DNA of 64,000 nt from Gammaproteobacteria bacterium (GCA_965222155.1 CBDCTH010000004.1:558151-622150); one strand, 5' to 3'. Positions 13,335 through 24,002 are shown, counted from the first letter of the stretch. Translations and numbers: made by a program. The notes: a model not told the origin generated them from the letters alone.

Positions 13335-14333
13335 TTAAATCGGTTCGCACGGGAAGAACTTCTCCTCCGGTATGTATGAAAGCAGGGTATTCCTGCAAAA
13401 AGATAATAAATCGTCACGCAGGGTCTCCCGGTATGTGACCATACCGTCACCGGTTTCCTGCAGTGGTGAAGCGAACAGGACCTCTTCCGGGTAGAGGCGC
13501 GACAGGGTCTGATAAAATGATTTGGGTAGACGAAAACTCCCCAGGCTGACCGAGTGGAGCAACGCCGTATCGATGTGTTTGAATACCTGCTCGAACAACT
13601 TCTCATATTGTTCCATTACCCCTTCCTGATAAATCAGCGGGTCGAAACGCAGCCCGATTTGCCAGCCGTGCGCCTGTAGTCGTTGCAGCGCTTGCAGCCG
13701 TTTACTCACCGGGGGTGTTTTATATTCAATGGCCGCGGCGATTTCAGCCGGCGTAAAACTGTAGGCGATAATACAATTGGGCGCCGGTTCTTGAGCCAGT
13801 AACGAACGGATTTGGGTACTCTTGGTACGTAATTCCAGCAAGGCCCGGGGATATGTCCTGAATACGGGTAGAAATTCCTTCACAAAGTCCGTTATGGGTT
13901 CTAACGCGAGGCTGTCGCAGTCATAACCGGAAAAGAAATGGATCGAGGCGTTGTCTGCCGCCCGGATCTTTTCTGTGATGGCCTGGATAAAATCCTCATA
14001 GTTCACGAATATGACGTAATGCGCCGAGCGGTACATGCCCTGCAGGAAACAGTATCGGCAGTCATAGATGCAGTTCAGCATATGGGAGAAATAATAATTC
14101 CGGTCTCCCCCGATGGCGTACTCGGGCGGGGAAGGCAGCACGTGGTTTGCAAACTTCTCGGCCAGGATCAACGCCGGCTTGATTTTCTGCAGGCGAAAGT
14201 TCTGTGCCCTGCGGTTAAAAATTTCGCCGTAACGCGTGCATTCCGTTACTGTCGCGTCCGGGAATTTCTGCATAATTGCACGCGCCCGGGGGTGCTCAAG
14301 CAGGGCTTCCTCAATGTAAATCTGATCTATCAT
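13335..14333 (-). CDS. Spore photoproduct lyase-like radical SAM protein
   Basis: CIYDCRYC motif, ELRTKS, LRFDP, typical of the SPL family. Confidence 0.85.
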   Translation of the reverse strand: MIDQIYIEEALLEHPRARAIMQKFPDATVTECTRYGEIFNRRAQNFRLQKIKPALILAEKFANHVLPSPPEYAIGGDRNYYFSHMLNCIYDCRYCFLQGMYRSAHYVIFVNYEDFIQAITEKIRAADNASIHFFSGYDCDSLALEPITDFVKEFLPVFRTYPRALLELRTKSTQIRSLLAQEPAPNCIIAYSFTPAEIAAAIEYKTPPVSKRLQALQRLQAHGWQIGLRFDPLIYQEGVMEQYEKLFEQVFKHIDTALLHSVSLGSFRLPKSFYQTLSRLYPEEVLFASPLQETGDGMVTYRETLRDDLLSFCRNTLLSYIPEEKFFPCEPI

Positions 14334-14586
14334 TGCTCTTTATTATAAGCCACAGAGTACACAGAGAGCACAGCGCGCGATAGTGCATGCCTTCGGCCCG
14401 TCATACCGGCGCATGCCGGTATCCAGTCGACAAGACAATCCCTTGCTCTTTATTATAAGCCACAGAGTACACAGAGAGCACAGCGCGTGATAGTGCATGG
14501 CTTCGGCCCGTCATACCGGCGCATGCCGGTATCCAGTAAACAACTTTTTCCTTTATGTTGTCGGTGCCCTTTGTGCCCTCTGTGGC
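14333..14586. repeat. Composite B+C repeat containing a 95-bp direct duplication (B3)
   Basis: 14333-14427 and 14443-14537 differ at 2 positions; each has a B left arm plus a C hairpin; single B right arm ends at 14586. Confidence 0.85.
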
Positions 14587-14587
14587 T

Positions 14588-15400
14588 TTAACGGAACTTG
14601 ATGGGGGCCTTGTCCAGTTCGTCACGCAGGAATTTAAGGACTTCCCTGGCGGAGTTCTGCCCGGCCAGGCGCCCGGCCAATCCCGTATCTCCGGGATAAA
14701 GTGCTTGCCATTTTCTGAGCGCAGCCTGTAACTGGTGTTGCCGGCTGACACTGAAATGACGCTCCTTGATGATTGCATGGTAGTTCGGGCCCGGGTCGTT
14801 AAGCCGCTGTTGCAGTGCCGTGAGTGAAAGCAGTTGCCGAATGATGTCTTCAACCACAGGCAGGTTTTGCATCATCAAGCGGCTGATGAGCTTTGGGTCG
14901 ACGCCCTCCATGGGCTGGTCGGCATTATCTGAGATAATCTTCACTGCCTGTACCAATTCCAGGGTCGCAAATCCGGTTACGGCCTGAAAATATCCCGCGC
15001 CTTCCATGTCGAATAATTCGCTTCGATATTCGCTGCCGGGTTGCTCCAGAGTGATCAGGTCGTGGGCAGGCAGTGTTGTGTCAAAAACGCGGGACGGAAA
15101 CCAGGTCTGTCCGGAACCGGCATCGGTTATCTTTTTTATGATGACCGCCTGGCCGAGCGGCAAGCTTGCATGACCGGCAATGCCCAGGTTAAGCCAGGCG
15201 TGTGACCTGCCGGCCTTGTAATGATCGCGGGTACGGGTCACTGCCGCCGCCGCCGCGGGTTTGCCGATACCTGAGATGGTGAGTGTGATTTGCCCGTCCG
15301 GATTCCGGTAGATTGGAACCCTGCCGGCCAGTGGCTGCATGGCAAAATAATCCAGCAATGGCCGGGCCTCAGGTTTCAGGGCACAGATTATGTGGAGCAT
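14588..15400 (-). CDS. Nucleoside phosphorylase/MTA-SAH nucleosidase-like protein
   Basis: ICALKPEA, SGIGK, NLGIAG, DMEGAG, KIISDN motifs. Confidence 0.75.
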   Translation of the reverse strand: MLHIICALKPEARPLLDYFAMQPLAGRVPIYRNPDGQITLTISGIGKPAAAAAVTRTRDHYKAGRSHAWLNLGIAGHASLPLGQAVIIKKITDAGSGQTWFPSRVFDTTLPAHDLITLEQPGSEYRSELFDMEGAGYFQAVTGFATLELVQAVKIISDNADQPMEGVDPKLISRLMMQNLPVVEDIIRQLLSLTALQQRLNDPGPNYHAIIKERHFSVSRQHQLQAALRKWQALYPGDTGLAGRLAGQNSAREVLKFLRDELDKAPIKFR

Positions 15401-16224
15401 TGACCCGCGTAGTGGGCCAGCAACTGTTCACATTCGGCGACATATATCCGATTGTTGTATTTTCTGGCGCCGTTTAAATATATCCCGACCTTACTGACCA
15501 GTGTGTCTATCGCTGCTTTCCTGTCGGACGTTTCCAGTTCCACTTCATTGAGAATTCTGTCTATCGACCTGATCCGGTAGCGGTCCATTCCCCAATAGCG
15601 GGTTGAGAGTTGGTCACTGTGCCCGCCGTACTTGGTAATCAGGGGTTCATGGATAAATAATACCGGCATCCGGGCACAGATGCGCAGCCATAAGTCGTAA
15701 TCCTCACAAGCCGGCAGCGTTTCATCGAACAGGCCGACCTGTTCGAATACGCTCCGGTGAATGATGACGGATGAAGGGGAGATGACGCAAAGAGGCAGAC
15801 AATATTTGAATATTGAACCACCGTATTTCCGGTGCTTGCGCTGCGGGTTTATACGGACGCCGTTACGTATCCATATTTCATCAGTGTGAATGACATTACT
15901 GCCGGGAGATTTCTCAATAAGTTGTACCTGCCGCCCCAACTTGCCGGGAGACCAGGTATCGTCTGAATCAAGAAACGCCAGCCAATCACCTTTTGCTGCG
16001 CGTATACCTGCATTCCTGGCCGCGCTTACCCCCTTGTTTGTCTGCGAGATTAAATTTATCCCGGGATAGTCCCGTTGCGCCAGGGACCGGGTCGCGTCGG
16101 TGGAACCGTCATCGACGACAATGATTTCAATAGGTGCATAGTTCTGGGAGACAACCGAATTCAGGCACCTGGGTAACAGGTGGGCGCGGTTATAACTGGG
16201 GATGATAACGCTTACAGATTTCAT
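15388..16224 (-). CDS. Glycosyltransferase family 2
   Basis: VSVIIPSYNR, VVDDGSTD, FLDSDD, EDYDLW. Confidence 0.92.
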   Translation of the reverse strand: MKSVSVIIPSYNRAHLLPRCLNSVVSQNYAPIEIIVVDDGSTDATRSLAQRDYPGINLISQTNKGVSAARNAGIRAAKGDWLAFLDSDDTWSPGKLGRQVQLIEKSPGSNVIHTDEIWIRNGVRINPQRKHRKYGGSIFKYCLPLCVISPSSVIIHRSVFEQVGLFDETLPACEDYDLWLRICARMPVLFIHEPLITKYGGHSDQLSTRYWGMDRYRIRSIDRILNEVELETSDRKAAIDTLVSKVGIYLNGARKYNNRIYVAECEQLLAHYAGQCST

Positions 16225-16241
16225 GTGTCTGACGTAGTATA

Positions 16242-16380
16242 AGCCACAGAGGGCATAGAGATCACAGAGTCCGGTTTAGAGGGTTTTTTAATATGTCCCT
16301 GATGGAACATAATCACGAAGAATGCCCGTATATTAAAAAAGCCTTCAATCCACTCTGTGATCTCTATGCCCTCTGTGGCT
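16242..16380. repeat. Family B inverted repeat, copy B4
   Basis: Perfect 29-bp IR 16242-16270/16352-16380. Confidence 0.9.
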
Positions 16381-16392
16381 ATACTATACACC

Positions 16393-17148
16393 ATGGCTCG
16401 ACTTGAGGGTAAGGTAACGGTAATAACCGGGGCGAGTTCCGGGATCGGGCGCGCTATTGCACTGGCGTATGCCAGGGAAGGTGCGCGCGTAATCGTCAAT
16501 TACAACGAGTCAATAGACCAGGCTCAAGACGTAGTCAGCGAAATACAGGGGTTTTCCGGACAGGCAGTCGCCATACAGGCGGATATTGCCGAACCCGATG
16601 CCGTGGGCAGTTTGATTAACACGGCCACCAGCGAGTTTGGTCGAATCGATGTATGGGTGAATAATGCCGGTGCGGATATTTTGACGGGCAATAGCGCCAG
16701 GCTGCCGGACCGGGAAAAACTCGCAGAACTGATAGACGTTGACCTGAAGGGGACAATCCAATGTTGCTGGGCCATTGCCGACGTCATGCAACAACAGGGC
16801 AGCGGGGTGATTATCAATATGTCCTGGGACCAGGCAGTCCATGGTTACCAGGGTACCAATCCGCAAATGTTTTCCGCGGTAAAGGCCGGCATTCAGGCGT
16901 TCAGTAAATCACTGGCCAAGACGATTGCCCCCGCGGTCAGGGTCAACGTACTGGCGCCGGGCTGGATTGCCACTTCTTTCGCCAAAGACGTGATGGAAGA
17001 AGAGTATTACTCGGAACGCACGGCTGAAATTCCATTGAAAAGATTTGGCGTACCCGCCGACGTCGCCGCCGCGGCCGTGTTCCTCGCCTCCGAAGATTCA
17101 GCCTATATAACGGGCACAGTACTCAACGTAGGCGGCGGAGTTGTATAA
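16393..17148 (+). CDS. SDR family oxidoreductase (atypical, FxxxK)
   Basis: TGASSGIG, NNAG, VNVLAPG; YxxxK replaced by FSAVK. Confidence 0.88.
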   Translation: MARLEGKVTVITGASSGIGRAIALAYAREGARVIVNYNESIDQAQDVVSEIQGFSGQAVAIQADIAEPDAVGSLINTATSEFGRIDVWVNNAGADILTGNSARLPDREKLAELIDVDLKGTIQCCWAIADVMQQQGSGVIINMSWDQAVHGYQGTNPQMFSAVKAGIQAFSKSLAKTIAPAVRVNVLAPGWIATSFAKDVMEEEYYSERTAEIPLKRFGVPADVAAAAVFLASEDSAYITGTVLNVGGGVV

Positions 17149-17917
17149 CGACCCGGCGCCGCTTCTCTGCTTCCGCAGAATGGCAGTCTGCCATTTTCTG
17201 ATTTCAGCAGTGTTCTCTGCCGGCTTGTCCGCGCAGGACGGCTATGAGACTGCGCAGCGCGGGATGATAGCCGATATCAGGGAAATGGTGGTCGATACCC
17301 GGAGTTATACCGGTATAGCCGCGCTGGATGAAAAGGTAATGCAGGCTATGGCTGAGGCGCCGCGCCACGAATTCGTCCCCCATTCCCTGCGCGAATTCGC
17401 CTACCTGAACAATCCTCTGCCAATTGGTGAAGGCCAGACCATTTCACAGCCCTACATTGTTGCATTGATGACCCACCTGATGAATCTGGATGAAGACGCA
17501 GTTGTTTTGGAAGTCGGCACCGGATCAGGTTACCAGGCCGCGGTTCTGGCGCGCCTGACGCGCCATGTTTACACCATTGAGATCATCGAGACACTGGGCA
17601 GGCGGGCAGAAAATACCCTGGCGCGTCTGGGTTTCGATAACGTGACGGTGAGGATCGGAGACGGATACATCGGTTGGGAGAAACATGCGCCTTTCGATGC
17701 GATCATCGTGACGGCCGCCCCCGAGGATGTGCCTCAACCCCTGATAGACCAGTTAAAACCCGGCGCGCGCATGGTGATCCCGGTCGGCCCGCAACACGGC
17801 TATCAATCACTGCAGGTGCTGGAAAAACAGCAATCCGGCGAGGTCAAGGTCACAGACATCCTGCCGGTAGGTTTCGTTCCTCTGGTGAAAGGCTTATCCA
17901 AACCTGTACCCAAGTAA
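17141..17917 (+). CDS. Protein-L-isoaspartate O-methyltransferase paralog with N-terminal signal-like segment
   Basis: GQTISQPY, LEVGTGSGYQ, APFDAIIVTAA; start uncertain. Confidence 0.9.
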   Translation: MYNDPAPLLCFRRMAVCHFLISAVFSAGLSAQDGYETAQRGMIADIREMVVDTRSYTGIAALDEKVMQAMAEAPRHEFVPHSLREFAYLNNPLPIGEGQTISQPYIVALMTHLMNLDEDAVVLEVGTGSGYQAAVLARLTRHVYTIEIIETLGRRAENTLARLGFDNVTVRIGDGYIGWEKHAPFDAIIVTAAPEDVPQPLIDQLKPGARMVIPVGPQHGYQSLQVLEKQQSGEVKVTDILPVGFVPLVKGLSKPVPK

Positions 17918-17922
17918 CGGAA

Positions 17923-20070
17923 TCACCCATTATCCGTTTGGAACTTTTCCATGAGAGTGACGTAATCCGTTTTCCCCGTACCCAGTATCGGTAACTCTCC
18001 CAGGTGTACCACGTCTCTGGGTATATACAGTTCTCCGTAACCCAGTTCCCGCACCTTTTGCTGGAAGGATTTTCGGTCGGCCTGGTCATGGTCAGTGACC
18101 AGGATGATTTTTTCCCCTTTGCGCTCATCGGGTAAGGAGATGGCGGCATGATTGTAATCCGGCCAGGTGATGCCGGCCAGTTCTTCCACCGCGGTAAGCG
18201 AGATCATTTCGCCGCCAATCTTGGCAAAGCGTTTGGCCCGCCCCAGTAGTTCGATATATCCCTCATTATCGATCGCCGCTATGTCGCCGGTATCATACCA
18301 GCCCTCCCCGCGCTCCGTGCGCGGCGCCTGTATGTTTCCGTCAGTGCCATGCAACAGGTAACCTGACATGACGTTCGGTCCGTTTACCACCAGGCGGCCG
18401 CCGTTGTTAATCCCGGCAACGGGTTCCAGGTAGGCCTGCATCCCCGGCAGCAGTTTTCCCACACTGGCGCGTTTTTGGTTGAGCGGGGTATTCGCCGAGA
18501 TGACCGGACTGCATTCCGTTGCGCCGTAGCCTTCCAGGACACGTATTCCGAACTTTTCCATCCACAGCTTACGGGTGTCTTCCTGCAGCTTTTCAGCCCC
18601 GGCCAGCACATATTTCAGGGACTTGAAATCATAAGGATGGGCATGGTGGGCATAGCCTTTGAGGAATGTATTGGTGCCGAATAAAATCGATGCGTCTGTC
18701 TGGTACAGCAGTTCGGGAATAATCCGGTAATGCAGGGGTGTGGTGTACAGGAATATTTTGCAACCGCCCAGTAACGGCAGCAGACAACCGACATTCAGAC
18801 CGAATGAGTGAAACAGCGGCAGGCAGTTGAAAAAAATATCACTGGGCGTAAAACCGATACGGCTACGCGCCTGGGCGAAATTGGCCAACAGGTTCCGGTG
18901 GGATAACACCACTCCCTTGGGGACTCCTTCCGACCCGGAAGTAAACAGGATTGTAGCAGGGTCGCCCGGGTTTGCGCTCCCGCGATAATGGGCTCGGGGA
19001 AAGCGACTGCGGAGCAACCCGAGCAACTTATCCGGCAGGCGGATACGATCGCGCAAATCCTCCAGGTATACCAGGTTCACGCGTTGTTGCAGTCTTTCTG
19101 CCACTGATTCAAGCGCGGCGTTCTCGATAAACTGCCGGGACGTATAAACGGTTCTGATCGACGCCGTTTCACAGGCTTTCAGCAATACCTGCAAGCCGGT
19201 CGTGTAGTTGAGCATGGCAGGAATGCGCTCCAGGTATTGCAAAGCCAGGAACACCACCACGCCGGCCGCGACGTTCGGCATCAGTACGCCGACGCGTTCT
19301 CCTGCCTGAGTATCCTCGCGCAACACGCCCCCCAGGATAAAAGTGCGCGTGAACAACTGGCTGTAGGTTAACGGCTCCCGTTTAATATCTTCAAGTACGA
19401 TATGGTTTTTTCCATATAGTCCTGCCGCCTCCAGGATGGCGCCGAAGACAGTCTTGTTATAGTCATAACAGGTAAAAGACAACCTGTACATCAGGTCCTG
19501 CATCTGCACGGCCGCGGCCTTGCGCCGTTCCTGTCCCTGGATTGAGGCGTCTATTGTTATTTTCTCCGGCGCCAGCACCCTTAGCCTGATTTTGGGAAAT
19601 TTTCTCCGTTGCCCCAGGTAGCCGAAACAAGTCAATTGCGGGCCATCGATAGCGATTGGCAACAGGGTAGCCCCGGAACGGTCTGCTATCAATCCAGGCC
19701 CTTCATAAATCTTCATCAGGCTGCCGCTTGTGGTGATGCGGCCTTCCGGGAAAATAACTGCTTTCCGGTCGTTCTGCAGGAAGCGCACCATGGTTTTTAC
19801 CGACAGCGGGTTAGTCGGATCCATGGTGTATAAATCTGCGAAGTAGAGAAATGGTTTGAACTGCGGGCGCGTGGCAACCTGCGTATTGATTGCGAACCTG
19901 GGCGTATCAGGCAACCAGGCGTATAGCAGGATGCTGTCAAGCAGGGATATATGGTTGGCGACAATCAGAACCCGCTTGCCCGCCTGGTGATAATGCTCCA
20001 TACCGGTTACCTCAACCCGGTACAGTACCCGTAACAGGCAACGCAGGAAGAATTTCAGGAGGCTGATCAT
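17923..20070 (-). CDS. aas: Bifunctional acyltransferase/acyl-ACP synthetase
   Basis: NHISLLD and FPEG (PlsC domain); FTSGSEGVPKG, YGATE (AMP-binding domain). Confidence 0.88.
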   Translation of the reverse strand: MISLLKFFLRCLLRVLYRVEVTGMEHYHQAGKRVLIVANHISLLDSILLYAWLPDTPRFAINTQVATRPQFKPFLYFADLYTMDPTNPLSVKTMVRFLQNDRKAVIFPEGRITTSGSLMKIYEGPGLIADRSGATLLPIAIDGPQLTCFGYLGQRRKFPKIRLRVLAPEKITIDASIQGQERRKAAAVQMQDLMYRLSFTCYDYNKTVFGAILEAAGLYGKNHIVLEDIKREPLTYSQLFTRTFILGGVLREDTQAGERVGVLMPNVAAGVVVFLALQYLERIPAMLNYTTGLQVLLKACETASIRTVYTSRQFIENAALESVAERLQQRVNLVYLEDLRDRIRLPDKLLGLLRSRFPRAHYRGSANPGDPATILFTSGSEGVPKGVVLSHRNLLANFAQARSRIGFTPSDIFFNCLPLFHSFGLNVGCLLPLLGGCKIFLYTTPLHYRIIPELLYQTDASILFGTNTFLKGYAHHAHPYDFKSLKYVLAGAEKLQEDTRKLWMEKFGIRVLEGYGATECSPVISANTPLNQKRASVGKLLPGMQAYLEPVAGINNGGRLVVNGPNVMSGYLLHGTDGNIQAPRTERGEGWYDTGDIAAIDNEGYIELLGRAKRFAKIGGEMISLTAVEELAGITWPDYNHAAISLPDERKGEKIILVTDHDQADRKSFQQKVRELGYGELYIPRDVVHLGELPILGTGKTDYVTLMEKFQTDNG

Positions 20071-20160
20071 CCTGTAATTCTACGAAGAATCAGCGCAAAT
20101 GTGAACCAGGGGGCGGAGGGCGCAGCAGGTCTGCAGGGCAAGCGCCGGGAATGGCGCTCA

Positions 20161-21798
20161 TTATATCCCGACTGAGCGGGTAACGCCTTGATAGACCATT
20201 ATTTTCTGGTTGGGATACAGGATTTTGTTCTTACGCAGGTTGTTCCAGGCCAGAAGTTGTTTCACCGTCACGTTGAATTTCTTTGCTATCAACCACAGGG
20301 AATCACCTTTTTTCACGGTATAGTGGAACGGGTCGTTGGCCGGCTTGTCGGTCTTGGCCTCACTTATTTTGCCGTCATTCGCTAACCACAGGTTCAGTTT
20401 TTGTCCCGGGCGCAGAATCCTGCGCTGTGAAATGCCGTTCCAGCCCGTCAATTGTTTCACGCTTACGCCGTAATGCCGGCCGATATCCCACAGCGTATCC
20501 CCGCGTTTTACGGTATAGATAAATTGGTTGCCGTCACCGGTATCCTTAAGCCCGCGTCTGCGCCTCCCGTCCACACTGAGAGTATAATGTTTGAGCGCTT
20601 GCTTCGGGACCGGGACACGCAGGCTGACTCCCTGCCGGATTATGTCACTGCGTAAATTATTTATACTTTTCAGAGAGGCTACGGAGGTGCGATAGCGAGC
20701 GGCGATACCTGCAAGGGTTTCACCCCGTTTGATCTCGTGGCTTTGCCAGTTTATGCGCTCTTGCGGGGTCAACCCGGCAAGCTTTTCCAGAAATGATGTT
20801 TCCTTGCCGACCGGTAACAGTAACCGATGCGGCCCTCGCGGGTCGGTTGCCCAGCGATTGAATCCCGGGTTCAGGGTATACAAATCATCCATCTTGATCC
20901 CGGCCAACTGCGCGGCAACGGCCAGATCAATCTGTTCCCCCGTATCTACCTGGGCAAAGTATGGTTGATCAGCTACCGGCTGCCACGTGATACCGTGCTG
21001 CTCCGGATTGGCGACCAGTTCGGCTACGGCCAGCAGGCTGGGCACGTAGCCCTTGGTTTCTCTGGGCAGGCGCAAGGAGAAGAAGTCCGTTTTTTTTCCG
21101 GCATTGCGGTTACGCCGGATTGCCCGGGCGACGTTCCTCTCACCGGTATTGTATGCAGCCAGGGCCAATAACCAGTCACCATCAAATTCCCGGTTCAGTT
21201 TTTCCAGGTAATCCAGTGCGCCCCGGGTGGCGGCAACGATATCTCTCCTGCCGTCATACCACCAGTTTTGTTTCAGCCCGAATATCTTGCCGGTGCTTGG
21301 GATAAACTGCCAAATGCCTGAGGCATGGCTGCGCGAATAGGCAAACGGATGAAATGCACTCTCCACGATGGGCAACAAGGCCAGCTCCAGGGGCATCCCG
21401 CGCTTTTCAACTTCACTGACGATATGGAACAGGTAGGGCCTGCTGCGTTCGACCACCCGGTTCAGGTATTCCTGGTTTTTTGCGTACCAGGCCAACCTCC
21501 CTTTGACTGACCTGTGCTCCATGTGCCTTGGGAGGGCCACATTGGCGCCTATCTTTTTCCAGATGTCGGTATGTTGCAGGGAAGACTGGGGAGGTTCGCT
21601 GTCCGCCGTTACTATCTCAGCTTCGGGTTCGGGAAAAAGTTCCGGTTCAGGAACGATGTATTCAACCTGTTCCTGCGACTGCGCCGCCGCTGCTGTCGTT
21701 TCCGGTAAGGTATCTGCTGTTTTCTGAAGGGGTTGCTGGCTGCAGGCGCTGAGTAAGAAAGCGACACAAATTGAAATTGGCAGCCCTGAATAGCGCAT
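20161..21798 (-). CDS. mltD: Membrane-bound lytic murein transglycosylase D with 3 LysM domains
   Basis: Lipobox LSAC, LPIVESAF, GIWQF, AAYNTG, LysM repeats. Confidence 0.92.
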   Translation of the reverse strand: MRYSGLPISICVAFLLSACSQQPLQKTADTLPETTAAAAQSQEQVEYIVPEPELFPEPEAEIVTADSEPPQSSLQHTDIWKKIGANVALPRHMEHRSVKGRLAWYAKNQEYLNRVVERSRPYLFHIVSEVEKRGMPLELALLPIVESAFHPFAYSRSHASGIWQFIPSTGKIFGLKQNWWYDGRRDIVAATRGALDYLEKLNREFDGDWLLALAAYNTGERNVARAIRRNRNAGKKTDFFSLRLPRETKGYVPSLLAVAELVANPEQHGITWQPVADQPYFAQVDTGEQIDLAVAAQLAGIKMDDLYTLNPGFNRWATDPRGPHRLLLPVGKETSFLEKLAGLTPQERINWQSHEIKRGETLAGIAARYRTSVASLKSINNLRSDIIRQGVSLRVPVPKQALKHYTLSVDGRRRRGLKDTGDGNQFIYTVKRGDTLWDIGRHYGVSVKQLTGWNGISQRRILRPGQKLNLWLANDGKISEAKTDKPANDPFHYTVKKGDSLWLIAKKFNVTVKQLLAWNNLRKNKILYPNQKIMVYQGVTRSVGI

Positions 21799-21900
21799 CG
21801 GGGGATGCTAGGTCGGTCCCGGCGTCATGTCAAGTATTTTTTCAAGAAAAATGAAAGAGCGTAAGGTAAGATTTTACCTGGGAGGCGGTACCATCAGACA

Positions 21901-22698
21901 ATGGGAAAAATATCCGACACAACATCGACTGCTCCTGGCCGCGCCGGGTTCGACCTATGGCTCAAAGGCGAGACCGGCAGCATCCTGGCGCGCTATGAAC
22001 GGGAAAGAATCGGCAGAGTATTACCTGACCTGTTTGGTTATCATATTACCCAGATTGGTCATTTTGACGGTGGAGTACTGGATTCCGCCCGCCGAATCCG
22101 GAATAAAATCGTGTTGCACCTTGATGATGACGGTTTACGGGACTGCGGTTGCGGCGTATTGGCCAGGGCCGGATCGTTGCCGTTTGCCGCGCACAGCATT
22201 GACGTCGTGGTTATTCCTCACGTCCTCGAGTTTACCCCGGACCCCGGCGCGGCGCTGAAGGAAATTGAGCGTGTGCTGATTGAGGATGGCCGCCTGATTA
22301 TCACCGGTTTCAATCCGTGGAGTTTATGGGGGCTATGGCGGTTGATCCCGGTCCGGCATAACCGGCCTCCGTGGAACGGTCGCTTCCATAGTGCGACCAA
22401 ACTCAAACACTGGCTGTCAACGCTCGGTTTTGAGCTGGTTGAGGTAGAACGGTTTTTATTCCGCCCACCCCTCGCCCATAAGGGCCTGTTCAGCCGGTTG
22501 TTATTTTTGGAAAAACTGGGTAAATCCTGCTGGCCGTTTTATGGCGCGGCCTACATGATGGTAGCGCAAAAACGGCGCGCACCTGTCACACCCATAAAAA
22601 TGAACTTACGCAAAAAATTATTTCTGTCAGGTGCTTCCGCGGGTCCGGCGGCAATGGCGGAAGCTGACCAAAACTTCAGTGTGAAGCGTGGCCCATGA
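21901..22698 (+). CDS. Class I SAM-dependent methyltransferase (YafS-like)
   Basis: [25 protein letters not shown]; upstream of rnhA. Confidence 0.85.
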   Translation: MGKISDTTSTAPGRAGFDLWLKGETGSILARYERERIGRVLPDLFGYHITQIGHFDGGVLDSARRIRNKIVLHLDDDGLRDCGCGVLARAGSLPFAAHSIDVVVIPHVLEFTPDPGAALKEIERVLIEDGRLIITGFNPWSLWGLWRLIPVRHNRPPWNGRFHSATKLKHWLSTLGFELVEVERFLFRPPLAHKGLFSRLLFLEKLGKSCWPFYGAAYMMVAQKRRAPVTPIKMNLRKKLFLSGASAGPAAMAEADQNFSVKRGP

Positions 22699-23156
22699 GC
22701 AAGTTTATTGAAATCTTTACTGACGGAGCCTGTCGCGGTAACCCCGGGCCGGGTGGCTGGGGGGCGTTGCTGCGCTATAACGACACGGAGAAGGAGTTAT
22801 CCGGTGCGGCGCCCCAAACGACCAATAATCGGATGGAACTGACCGCGGCAATAAAGGCCCTGGAGGCACTGAACGAAGCTTGCAGGATATGTCTGACCAC
22901 GGATTCGAACTATGTAAAAAACGGTATTGAACAATGGATAAAAGACTGGAAACGGCGCGCTTGGCGTACCGCAGCCAGGCGCGCGGTAAAAAACCAGGAC
23001 CTGTGGCAGCGCCTGGATGAACTGGCGGCCCGTCATGAGATTGAATGGCGTTGGGTAAAGGGACACAGCGGCCATGCCGAAAATGAGCGTGTTGATGCAC
23101 TGGCAAACAGGGCCATTGACAGGATGATCGATAATGAGTCAAGCGCTGGGGGATGA
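22695..23156 (+). CDS. rnhA: Ribonuclease HI
   Basis: [30 protein letters not shown]. Confidence 0.97.
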   Translation: MSKFIEIFTDGACRGNPGPGGWGALLRYNDTEKELSGAAPQTTNNRMELTAAIKALEALNEACRICLTTDSNYVKNGIEQWIKDWKRRAWRTAARRAVKNQDLWQRLDELAARHEIEWRWVKGHSGHAENERVDALANRAIDRMIDNESSAGG

Positions 23157-23833
23157 ACATGCGTCAGGTCATTCTTGATACCGAGACGACGGGCCTGGAA
23201 CCGGCCAGCGGACATCGGATTATTGAAATCGGCTGTATTGAATTGAAGGATCGCCGCAGGACCGATCGAGTTCTGCATTATTTTATCAATCCTGAACGGG
23301 AGATTGAGAAGGAAGCCATTGAAATACACGGGATCACGGAGGAACAACTGGAAGGAGAACCTGTTTTCGAAGATATCGCAGACCGGTTTATCGAATTTAT
23401 TCGGGATAGTGAGGTCATTATCCATAATGCGCCGTTCGACGTTGCCTTCATCAATGCCGAGTTGTCCCGCCTGGGAGATGGATGGGGGAGACTTGAGGAT
23501 TACTGCAGGATTACCGACACGCTGATGATGGCAAGGGAACTGCACCCGGGCCAGAGAAACAGCCTGGATGCGTTGGCCGTGCGCTACCAGGTAGATAATT
23601 CGCAACGTAATTTGCATGGCGCCTTGCTGGATGCACGCATCCTGCTGGATGTTTACCTGGCAATGACCGGGGGTCAGTCGAGTTTATTACTGGGCGAGGA
23701 AGACGGACAAGGTTCAGCTGACGGTCAGCAGCGCGGGCGTCCGGTCAAGCGGCGCGCCGGGCTGAAAATAGTGGAACCCACCCCGGAAGAACTGGCGGCA
23801 CACAACCGGATGATGCAACGTCTTAACGGGTAA
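23153..23833 (+). CDS. dnaQ: DNA polymerase III epsilon subunit
   Basis: LDTETTG, HNAPFD, HGALLDA. Confidence 0.96.
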   Translation: MNMRQVILDTETTGLEPASGHRIIEIGCIELKDRRRTDRVLHYFINPEREIEKEAIEIHGITEEQLEGEPVFEDIADRFIEFIRDSEVIIHNAPFDVAFINAELSRLGDGWGRLEDYCRITDTLMMARELHPGQRNSLDALAVRYQVDNSQRNLHGALLDARILLDVYLAMTGGQSSLLLGEEDGQGSADGQQRGRPVKRRAGLKIVEPTPEELAAHNRMMQRLNG

Positions 23834-23849
23834 CAGTCCCTTATAATCC

Positions 23850-23993
23850 AGCCACAGAGAGCACAGAGTGTTTAATACATCGGTAACCTGCCGGGTGCTT
23901 AAAACCACCAAACTAAAACAAAGTCTGTTACTGGCTGGGCACAACCAGACGATATAAAGACATTAAACACAAATCTCTGTGTTCTCTGTGGCT
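23850..23993. repeat. Family B inverted repeat, copy B5
   Basis: agccacagagagcacagag ... ctctgtgttctctgtggct. Confidence 0.85.
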
Positions 23994-24002
23994 AAAAAAG
24001 GC

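Noticed and set aside
14333-14537. CRISPR array
   Set aside because: Only two long units, no unique spacers of regular size and no cas genes.
21799-21900. gloB absent between mltD and the methyltransferase
   Set aside because: Simple gene-order variation; cannot be judged without the rest of the genome.
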